From a virus (lineage: Duplodnaviria; Caudoviricetes), in the IMG/VR virus record IMGVR_UViG_3300007640_000041, positions 1 through 55,795 of that record: a stretch of 55,795 bases of DNA. One strand, 5' to 3'. A program made the position numbers and the translations under genes. Position 1 is the first letter of the stretch. Each line of letters opens with the position of its first letter. A model generated the notes under the pieces. It saw only the letters and a program-made list of their open reading frames with translations. It was not told the origin of the DNA and searched no databases. Positions 1 through 6,655 of the stretch are shown here, piece by piece.

Positions 1-3
1 AGT

Positions 4-55
4 GTCCAGTATATATACTCTCTTCACTACGTTCAGAGAGAGTATATATACGGAC
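4..55. repeat. Long inverted repeat (15-bp perfect stem, extendable)
   Basis: GTATATATACTCTCT (9-23) pairs with AGAGAGTATATATAC (37-51); GTCC/GGAC extend it past a 1-nt bulge; loop TCACTACGTTCAG. Confidence 0.9.
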
Positions 56-66
56 TCTCTAATGGT

Positions 67-180
67 TTAGCCGTTGACGAAGAAGTCGATGGCGTCCCAA
101 ATCACGTAGGCCGCACAAGGCACGACCGCCATCGCACACAGGAAGACGGGGACTGATTCGAAGTAGTCGTAGAAGTTCAT
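67..180 (-). CDS. Small hydrophobic early protein (37 aa)
   Basis: Hand-translated MNFYDYFESVPVFLCAMAVVPCAAYVIWDAIDFFVNG*; follows the upstream gene and shares its AAATTCATC-N4-ATG leader. Confidence 0.65.
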   Translation of the reverse strand: MNFYDYFESVPVFLCAMAVVPCAAYVIWDAIDFFVNG

Positions 181-191
181 CTTCGATGAAT

Positions 192-734
192 TTAGAATGG
201 AACATTGATGTCTTCGATGCTAACTTCGTTAGCAGGGGAGGCGGGAGTCATTGACTCCATCGCAACCGCAAGGCAGGCCGTGAGAGCCTCAATCTTTGCT
301 TCCAAGGAAGCAATGCGGGAGTCGTCTTCAACCGTTGGTTGAACACCGCGAGCCACTTTCTTGACGGCCACCTTCTTGGCTTTAGCCAAGGCCCGCTTCT
401 CATCCATCTCTGCAAGAGATGCTTTAGCGGCTTCTGCCGAAGCCTTGCGTGGCTTCGCAGTAGGGGCCACAGGTGTGTCCGCCTTGCCGTGGAAGGCCTT
501 CTCTTGCTTATCAGCAACTCGTTGCTGTGGAGTTGCCTTCTTGGTCGTCTTACGACGACGACGCACCGCCTTCGCCTTGGCTTTTGGCTTCGCCTCTTTG
601 ACCTCTTCGAGGTCATTGATGAAGAGGATGGCGTCCATCAGCAGTTTCACTGCTGCTTCCTTGCGAGCGGCGGTTGGACGGAAGGAAGCTTGGTTTACTG
701 CCTTACGGCAGTCGTTGAAATTGAAGTTGTTCAT
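192..734 (-). CDS. Lys/Ala-rich basic early protein with acidic C-terminal tail (probable start MNNFNF)
   Basis: ORF 192..776; K/A/R-rich core (AKPKAKAKAVRRRRKTTKK), coiled segment, ends EDINVPF. Confidence 0.75.
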   Translation of the reverse strand: MNNFNFNDCRKAVNQASFRPTAARKEAAVKLLMDAILFINDLEEVKEAKPKAKAKAVRRRRKTTKKATPQQRVADKQEKAFHGKADTPVAPTAKPRKASAEAAKASLAEMDEKRALAKAKKVAVKKVARGVQPTVEDDSRIASLEAKIEALTACLAVAMESMTPASPANEVSIEDINVPF

Positions 735-786
735 CGGAGATGAATTTGAAGTTTGACCTATCGGCTGACTTCTCAAAACCGATTAG

Positions 787-842
787 GAGATAGTAGTAAG
801 GAAGAGAAGTCATAGACTTCCTTCTCTTTCTTACTACATCTC
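787..842. repeat. Long imperfect inverted repeat upstream of the first - strand gene
   Basis: GAGATAGTAGTAAGGAAGAGAAG (787-809) vs CTTCTCTTTCTTACTACATCTC (821-842); alternative inner hairpin GAAGTC-ATA-GACTTC. Confidence 0.85.
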
Positions 843-858
843 TACTTTTCCACCTCGA

Positions 859-879
859 TTACTTACCCTTGGTAAGTAA
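859..879. repeat. 9-bp hairpin with 3-nt loop
   Basis: TTACTTACC-CTT-GGTAAGTAA. Confidence 0.8.
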
Positions 880-1434
880 AGGTTGAGCCAAACCTCGGAA
901 CTCACAGGAAGCCAACAAGTTGGCTACGTGGTGTTCGGTGTGTGTACGCCGCTCCGCCAAGGCCGAGCAACAGCCGAAAACAATAGCAGTTTTAATTGTC
1001 AATACGTAGTATTGGATAGCTAACAGAAAGCTTGAAGCATCCCTTGAAGCGGCAAGGCTAAAGCCTTGAAAGAGAGCCTCGTGTGTCTCCCCGCCTGCGG
1101 CGGCGCATCCAATCCTCCGTACGTTGGGGTTGTGATTGCCTCGTCGGTTTGAGGTTCTGACCCTGCGATATGGCGCGGTCAGCAGCGGTTCCAGCGGGGA
1201 AACTTGAAAAGTTTCAGCAAAAAAGCCAAAAAAAGCTGAAAATCTTCGATTTTCTTCGGTTTCGTTTCGGTTTTCATCACGTACGTGTATATATGAATCC
1301 CCGATCTCCATATTACTCCCAAAAATTTTCACCAAATCCATTTTTTCTACCTCGTAAATCACTCATTTACAACAAATTGCTAGGCTTGCATTAAAGTAGA
1401 GCTCTAACTCGGTTTCTATATGGCGGATGCGTTG

Positions 1435-1442
1435 TAACTTTG
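1435..1442 (+). promoter_or_regulatory. Bacteroidota -7 promoter core (TAACTTTG)
   Basis: Matches TAnnTTTG; lies ahead of the first + strand gene. Confidence 0.5.
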
Positions 1443-1556
1443 CCCAACAAAGCTCGCGAGAACAGGACTAACGTACGAAACAAACCTCGCAAGGGAGGTG
1501 TAGGTACACGATTAAGTCGGTTATTAGCGTTGTTAGGGCACAAATACTGTAATGTC

Positions 1557-1685
1557 ATGAGTAAGCGACAGGAATGGATAAGCAACAAGGTCAGGAAGTT
1601 GATCGGAGAGGGTAAGTCAAATAAGCAGGCTGTGGCTATAGCTTTGGCTATGTCTGCTACGAAGAGATTCAAGGATAAGGGGTAA
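1557..1685 (+). CDS. Small basic phage protein (KQAVAIAL type)
   Basis: MSKRQEWISNKVRKLIGEGKSNKQAVAIALAMS; the EG..xKQAVAIAL pattern recurs in small phage head-region proteins. Confidence 0.6.
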   Translation: MSKRQEWISNKVRKLIGEGKSNKQAVAIALAMSATKRFKDKG

Positions 1686-1718
1686 GCGTGTGAGGCAAAA
1701 CAGTTTACTTTAATTGAT

Positions 1719-1727
1719 TATATTTGC
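1719..1727 (+). promoter_or_regulatory. Late promoter core TATATTTGC
   Basis: TAnnTTTG consensus; the identical 9-mer recurs before several late genes. Confidence 0.75.
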
Positions 1728-1745
1728 ATCACAACATCGATAATC

Positions 1746-2459
1746 ATGAGACAGACTTACAGATACGAAGGCGGAGGCATGACTGGCCGCGAGCTTCAGT
1801 TCGGAGAACAAGAAATCGTAGACCAAGGCGACGGATACGTCGTGTATGAAGCCGAGGGTGGGGAACAATTCCAGATCCAGGTCCCTAAGGGGTGGTCACC
1901 AGAGTCAAACGCTATGTATAAGGCCGTCGAAAAGGACGGTGTCTTTGTTTTGGAGGCAGACGGAGCTAAAGCAGCCGTAGCTGGTGCTGCTGGGGGTGCT
2001 AGCGCTGGTCTTATGGAGATGTTGAAGAGAGCTCGCGGAGCTGCAGAGAGCGACCGCTTTGGAGAGCCTGATATGCCAGGTCAGCGTAGCGATAACTTCG
2101 AGCAGGGTGGCCGCACTTACGCTGGTCAGTACATGGGTGAGGTTAAAGAGGATGAAGGCGGATTGTATGGTGAGTACGAGACTGATAGTGGTGAAGTCAT
2201 CAAAGCATACTTCCCTAGCGAGTACTATCCAGGGGATGTCGGCAGCAGTGACTACATTAAGGACAGGGACTTTGCGCTCGTAGAGCAGGACGGGAAAAAG
2301 ATGTGGGTTCCAACGAGCTACGGAGCGGGAGAAGAGAACATCGGCAAAGCTGTAATGCGCGAATCAACGCAGGGTGCCTCTAAGGTTGAAAACCTCTTGG
2401 AGAGGCTTAGCGACGTCAAGAGAAGATCTATGGGCGGTAAGAGCTACAGATACCAATGA
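1746..2459 (+). CDS. Hypothetical acidic protein with two internal repeats and xxxGG motifs (possible head-internal protein)
   Basis: 237-aa ORF after promoter; YEGGG, FEQGG, SMGG motifs. Confidence 0.75.
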   Translation: MRQTYRYEGGGMTGRELQFGEQEIVDQGDGYVVYEAEGGEQFQIQVPKGWSPESNAMYKAVEKDGVFVLEADGAKAAVAGAAGGASAGLMEMLKRARGAAESDRFGEPDMPGQRSDNFEQGGRTYAGQYMGEVKEDEGGLYGEYETDSGEVIKAYFPSEYYPGDVGSSDYIKDRDFALVEQDGKKMWVPTSYGAGEENIGKAVMRESTQGASKVENLLERLSDVKRRSMGGKSYRYQ

Positions 2460-3364
2460 GTATTTACAAGTACGAAGACGGAGGACAGTCTGGCGGGCCT
2501 CGCCTCGTGCTGCCAGAGGGTAGTAAGGGGGAGATTCTGCGCACTGAAGACGGTAGAGAGTATGTAAACTACCAGAACGAGCAGGGCCAGATCGTAAAGG
2601 TCTTTGGATCTTGGAACGATGCTGTTGATGTCACTATGGGTGACGACCCCAAAAAGCAGTTTCTTAAAAACACCAGAGCGCAATACCCTATTTCTCAGAA
2701 TGAGAAAGGGGAATTCATCCTTGATGAAGCCGCCCTTAATGAGGTGTCAGGTGAGGAGGGGGGACCGCGTAAGGTGTTTGACCCAGCCATGGGTCGTCAG
2801 ATGCCCGTTGCTCCTGTCGGAAACCTTTTGAAGCAGATGGAGCAAATGGGGGAGCCAGTCTCTCCAACAGTAAAAAGAGGAATTAGACCAAACAACCTTG
2901 ACCAAGGAGCGTCAGGACTTAAAACAAACAGAATGAGAGTTTATAACTATGGTGGAGACACCGATCCTAAGAAAGCAAACAAAACTGTATCTGTAGGCAC
3001 TCCGACTAACGGTGAGGTGGAGTATTACGACGAACCAGACTACGCAGTTCCAACGTACGAAGAAATCGTGGATCGATACAGAATTAGAGGCGTTAATGAG
3101 CGTATAGATGGTTCCGACTGGAGGGCTTATGGTAACGTCCAGCCAGGTCAAAGGCACGCTATGCGTCTTCAGCTAAGCAAAGTGCAGCAAGACATCTCTA
3201 AGATGGATTCTCGCATGGACAAAGCTCGTGAATCTGGAAACAGAGATCTCTTGGCTAGACTTAATCAGGAGAGAAACATGCTTTTGCAACAGATGCAGGA
3301 TCTAAATAAGGAGCACCAGAGGATTTGGAACGAGCCTCTCTTTACCAGCAGATCAGTTGAGTAA
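2456..3364 (+). CDS. Hypothetical protein, N-terminal domain paralogous to the upstream gene
   Basis: 302-aa ORF, ATGA overlap; YEDGG and YNYGG motifs; C-terminal coiled coil. Confidence 0.75.
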   Translation: MSIYKYEDGGQSGGPRLVLPEGSKGEILRTEDGREYVNYQNEQGQIVKVFGSWNDAVDVTMGDDPKKQFLKNTRAQYPISQNEKGEFILDEAALNEVSGEEGGPRKVFDPAMGRQMPVAPVGNLLKQMEQMGEPVSPTVKRGIRPNNLDQGASGLKTNRMRVYNYGGDTDPKKANKTVSVGTPTNGEVEYYDEPDYAVPTYEEIVDRYRIRGVNERIDGSDWRAYGNVQPGQRHAMRLQLSKVQQDISKMDSRMDKARESGNRDLLARLNQERNMLLQQMQDLNKEHQRIWNEPLFTSRSVE

Positions 3365-3432
3365 AAAGCCGTATACGAATCAAAAAATAAAGCCAAGTCG
3401 AGGCGTCGTAAACGAGCGCAGAAGATTACAAA

Positions 3433-3714
3433 ATGATGCAGCAAAAAGATGGACCAGGATGGCTTCTAAAGAAAAGGCTGGGCCGCCAGCTCAAGAAGCA
3501 CAACAAAAGAAACGATAAGTATACCAGCCTGTACGATCAGCATGAGAAGATCAAGATGGATACGGTAGAAAAAATCGATGCTGGTGAGGTCTCTCAAGCT
3601 GATGTAGATAAGGTTTCTAAGCAACTTGAGAAGATGCGCAAGAAGATGGCGTCTATCCTTCAGAAGGACGAGAAGAAAGAAAAGAAGGTTGCTAAACTTA
3701 TGGGTAAGTCCTAA
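3433..3714 (+). CDS. Lys-rich hypothetical protein
   Basis: 93-aa ORF whose stop overlaps the endolysin start (TAATG). Confidence 0.65.
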   Translation: MMQQKDGPGWLLKKRLGRQLKKHNKRNDKYTSLYDQHEKIKMDTVEKIDAGEVSQADVDKVSKQLEKMRKKMASILQKDEKKEKKVAKLMGKS

Positions 3715-4181
3715 TGAATCTTTCCAAGAACTTAACACTTGCTGAGGTCACTAAAAGCACTACTGCTAAGCGCCTTGGCATAGATAACACACCAGATGAT
3801 TGGGTTACAGAAAATCTTCGCCAAGTTGCGATCAACATATTTCAACCTCTTAGGGACAGCTTCGGGTGTCCTATATACGTGTCGTCAGGCTATAGGTCGC
3901 CTGAGCTCAACACTGCTATCGGTGGGAGCAGCCGCAGTCAGCATGTGGAAGGCAGAGCATTTGATCTCGACGCAGACGTATACGGACGTTGTACAAACTC
4001 TCAAATCTTCAAGTGGATTAAAGAAAATCTGGAATTTGATCAGCTCATTTGGGAGTTTGGTGATTCAGATAATCCTGATTGGGTCCACGTCTCTTATGTT
4101 TATGATGGGCTTAATCGTAAAAGGTGCCTCAAAGCTTGCAGAGACGATAACGGAAAGACGTACTACGAAGTGATTCTTTGA
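3714..4181 (+). CDS. Peptidase M15 family endolysin (Zn D-Ala-D-Ala peptidase fold)
   Basis: LSKNLTLAE start, SSGYRS..LN..IGG, SQH..G.AFD, WVHVS motifs. Confidence 0.9.
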   Translation: MNLSKNLTLAEVTKSTTAKRLGIDNTPDDWVTENLRQVAINIFQPLRDSFGCPIYVSSGYRSPELNTAIGGSSRSQHVEGRAFDLDADVYGRCTNSQIFKWIKENLEFDQLIWEFGDSDNPDWVHVSYVYDGLNRKRCLKACRDDNGKTYYEVIL

Positions 4182-4621
4182 TCATCATATTGCAGTACAA
4201 CTGGAAAAGACTCTATCTCTCTGTAAAATTTAGCAACAAGGTTCCTTCCTTTTTGTGTTAGCGCGTACCTAACTTCGTAGTTGAACTTCGTCTCCTCTCT
4301 AAAGAGGTAGTCTTCGTAGCTTCCTGAGCTTGTAAGCCTGTCGTAGAACTTATATATATACCCCTTATTTGCTAGTGGGTATACTACACGCTCAGCCATC
4401 TTCTCCTTATACATCCCAAGCTGTTTCGCGGCGAAGTTTAACGTCCAAAACTCGAAGTCGGTGCCCCACAGGAGAAATTCCATCTCACCAAAAGTCACTG
4501 GGTACTCCCTGTTCACCTTATGCTTCATGGTTTTAAGGTGCTGTAAGTAGTTAAACTCTGTGTCCTTTCGGATAGCGAAGTCTCGGAACATGTTTTTCTT
4601 AAGCTTATCCTTCTTTTTCAT
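4163..4621 (-). CDS. Winged-helix (MarR-like) DNA-binding protein
   Basis: Probable start MKKKDK; helix pattern FAAKQLGM..L.NKGYIYK and wing YALTQKG. Confidence 0.6.
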   Translation of the reverse strand: MKKKDKLKKNMFRDFAIRKDTEFNYLQHLKTMKHKVNREYPVTFGEMEFLLWGTDFEFWTLNFAAKQLGMYKEKMAERVVYPLANKGYIYKFYDRLTSSGSYEDYLFREETKFNYEVRYALTQKGRNLVAKFYREIESFPVVLQYDDQRITS

Positions 4622-4625
4622 TTCG

Positions 4626-4633
4626 TATATTTG
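4626..4633 (+). promoter_or_regulatory. Promoter core TATATTTG
   Basis: TAnnTTTG 15 nt before ATG 4649. Confidence 0.65.
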
Positions 4634-4648
4634 AGTAAAATATTCACG

Positions 4649-4933
4649 ATGGAAGAGAACACAGAGTTTTTGATGCTTGTAAAAGAACACTTTGAGGCCA
4701 TCGCTGAGCTCATACGCGAATTTGAGATGGAGGACAAGGTTATTGCTGCGTCTGTTATAGGCGTGCTAGATCCTATTGATGAAGATCATTCAGACATGAC
4801 TGCAATATACGCCATGAACATCGAAGATAGAAAAGAGCTAGAGGTAATAATAGATTTTCTTAACGACGCCTGGGACGAAAATAATCCAGATATAGATGGT
4901 CTGATAAGAGGCTTAGGCATTTCACTAAACTAA
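4649..4933 (+). CDS. Acidic hypothetical protein
   Basis: ORF 4631..4933; ATG MEENTEF lies downstream of the promoter. Confidence 0.7.
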   Translation: MEENTEFLMLVKEHFEAIAELIREFEMEDKVIAASVIGVLDPIDEDHSDMTAIYAMNIEDRKELEVIIDFLNDAWDENNPDIDGLIRGLGISLN

Positions 4934-4934
4934 A

Positions 4935-5171
4935 ATGGACGGACTTATTAGAAAAATTGTGGTCGGAAGAGACCCTAAGGACGCTATGGCCTACTTTCTT
5001 GGCATGAAGGCTGGGGAAGGCACAGTGTCTGCGATACTTCTTGACGAAGAATTTCTTGTGAGACATGGTAGAATGAGATATCTGGTGTATATTCGCAACA
5101 GCGAAGGCAATAATCTGTGGAAGTCTGTCCACGATATGCCCTGCGTAATTGAATATGACTTAAATTTCTGA
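4935..5171 (+). CDS. Conserved hypothetical phage protein
   Basis: 78 aa, IRKIVVG..KDAMAY..G; tightly coupled to GroES-like gene. Confidence 0.75.
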   Translation: MDGLIRKIVVGRDPKDAMAYFLGMKAGEGTVSAILLDEEFLVRHGRMRYLVYIRNSEGNNLWKSVHDMPCVIEYDLNF

Positions 5172-5770
5172 TGCGTACTTATAATTTCTTTGTGGTTGAG
5201 ATAGATAAGCCACTTAAGGATACTATTAAGACCGAAAGCGGCTTTGAGCTATACGTAGATTCTAGGTTTAACGAGTTTGAGCATAGAACTCAGAGCGGCA
5301 AGGTTGTGGCCGTACCATTTAAATACGATACGGGCGTAAAGGTTGGCGACGAACTATACTTTCACCACCGAGTCGTACTCCAAGAAGGTCAGGCCTTGAC
5401 TGGGTTTGAAAACCACTATCTCGTTTCTTATCACAACAAGGACGTCATTGAGTGTCAGGCTATAGCCTATAAGTGCCAGGATACTGGGGAAGTACACCCA
5501 CTATCTGCTTGGCACCTTATCGAGCAGATTCAAGAAGAGAGAGACGAGAAGTCTGATACTATCGAGCTTGTAGAACTAAAGAAGAAGCCCGTAACTAAGG
5601 GAAAGATTTGTTTCGAGACCGAGTTTACTAGGGAGCTTGGCTTGAACATCGGGGATGTCGTAGTCTTTAAGCAGAACCACGACTACGATGTAGTTGTAGA
5701 CGGGAAGCCATATGGGAGGGTTGCAACTCAAAGCCTAATGTATGTCGAGGAAGAAGTTTACAACGATTGA
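5171..5770 (+). CDS. Co-chaperonin GroES-like protein (two tandem domains)
   Basis: KTESGFEL, GKVVAVP, VKVGDELYF; second copy TKGKI..GLNIGDVVVF. Confidence 0.7.
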   Translation: MRTYNFFVVEIDKPLKDTIKTESGFELYVDSRFNEFEHRTQSGKVVAVPFKYDTGVKVGDELYFHHRVVLQEGQALTGFENHYLVSYHNKDVIECQAIAYKCQDTGEVHPLSAWHLIEQIQEERDEKSDTIELVELKKKPVTKGKICFETEFTRELGLNIGDVVVFKQNHDYDVVVDGKPYGRVATQSLMYVEEEVYND

Positions 5771-6032
5771 TGCGGCACAGCGCCTTATGAATAGCATGGA
5801 GGCCGCCATAAACAATATGATCGAGGAAGTGCGTAAGCCTGTTGATCCAGAGATCAACGGAAGTGCGCGCAAGGCTGAGCTTCAGTCTATAAAGCAGACA
5901 GCCACTGACTGCAAAGAACTTATCGTTGAGAGACAGCGATTAGAGCAAATGATAAAAGACCTAACTGACAATGGGGAAATCGAACAAGCCAAAGACTACA
6001 GCGGAGGTTTCGCTGAAAGATTCTCTAAATGA
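5742..6032 (+). CDS. Helical protein, candidate terminase small subunit
   Basis: 96 aa, coiled coil ending GGFAERFSK, upstream of TerL (positional inference). Confidence 0.5.
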   Translation: MSRKKFTTIDAAQRLMNSMEAAINNMIEEVRKPVDPEINGSARKAELQSIKQTATDCKELIVERQRLEQMIKDLTDNGEIEQAKDYSGGFAERFSK

Positions 6033-6114
6033 TTGGAAAGAAATAGTTTATCAAATGAATAAATTGGATTATACCTTCTGGGAGGACTCTTGGAACGAAG
6101 AGTTCGAAGACTAA
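5971..6114 (+). CDS. Possible small acidic protein (47 aa)
   Basis: Hand-translated MGKSNKPKTTAEVSLKDSLNDWKEIVYQMNKLDYTFWEDSWNEEFED*; fills the gap before the tRNA. Confidence 0.4.
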   Translation: MGKSNKPKTTAEVSLKDSLNDWKEIVYQMNKLDYTFWEDSWNEEFED

Positions 6115-6162
6115 ACTTCTTATTTCGTCAGGCGGCCCTCTACGCAAATAGGGCAATCACAC

Positions 6163-6236
6163 TGGGGCGTAGTTCAGTTGGTTAGAGCGTCTGTCTTATA
6201 CACAGGAAGTCGTGGGTTCAAGTCCCACCGCCCCGA
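6163..6236 (+). tRNA. tRNA-Ile, anticodon TAT (UAU)
   Basis: Cloverleaf: TGGGGCG/CGCCCCG acceptor, GTTC/GAGC D stem, TCTGT-CTTATAC-ACAGG anticodon arm, GTGGG-TTCAAGT-CCCAC T arm; no encoded CCA. Confidence 0.9.
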
Positions 6237-6250
6237 CAAATTAAATCAAA

Positions 6251-6382
6251 ATGGCAAAGCAAGTAGTTACAACATACACCAAGAAGCGAGTTCGTCGCAA
6301 GGGTGTACACGCCAAGACGAAGTATTCTAAGACCAAGTCTTCAAAGCTCTACAAAAAAGCTTACAGGGCCCAGGGGAGGTAA
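6251..6382 (+). CDS. Small very basic protein (43 aa) ending KKAYRAQGR
   Basis: Hand-translated MAKQVVTTYTKKRVRRKGVHAKTKYSKTKSSKLYKKAYRAQGR*; A-rich leader; between the two tRNAs. Confidence 0.75.
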   Translation: MAKQVVTTYTKKRVRRKGVHAKTKYSKTKSSKLYKKAYRAQGR

Positions 6383-6388
6383 TCCTAT

Positions 6389-6462
6389 GCGCCCGTAGCT
6401 CAGCTGGATAGAGCATTTGCCTTCTAAGCAAACGGTCACAGGTTCGAATCCTGTCGGGCGTA
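6389..6462 (+). tRNA. tRNA-Arg, anticodon TCT (UCU)
   Basis: GCGCCCG/CGGGCGT acceptor, TTTGC-CTTCTAA-GCAAA anticodon arm, ACAGG-TTCGAAT-CCTGT T arm. Confidence 0.93.
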
Positions 6463-6475
6463 CAAATTTAAAAAA

Positions 6476-6655
6476 ATGGCTAAGTATAAGTGCGAATGCG
6501 GAGGCGAGAAAGACGCCTCTGGCGTAAAGATCAAGTTTGTTGACGGGAAGGCTCGTCACGAGATTACGTGCGAATGTGGCAAATACATGGAGCTGGCAAA
6601 CCCTAAAACTGGAGCCCCTAGCTTCAAAAGCAATCGGTATGGTCAGGTATTCTAA
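6476..6655 (+). CDS. Small zinc-ribbon-like protein (59 aa)
   Basis: Hand-translated MAKYKCECG...ITCECGKYM...; two CxC pairs; stop overlaps TerL ATG. Confidence 0.75.
   Translation: MAKYKCECGGEKDASGVKIKFVDGKARHEITCECGKYMELANPKTGAPSFKSNRYGQVF

Noticed and set aside
859-1394. ORFs 859..1362 (-) and 1170..1394 (+)
   Set aside because: Translate A/T tracts and hairpins, use atypical starts, no motifs; region is better explained as regulatory
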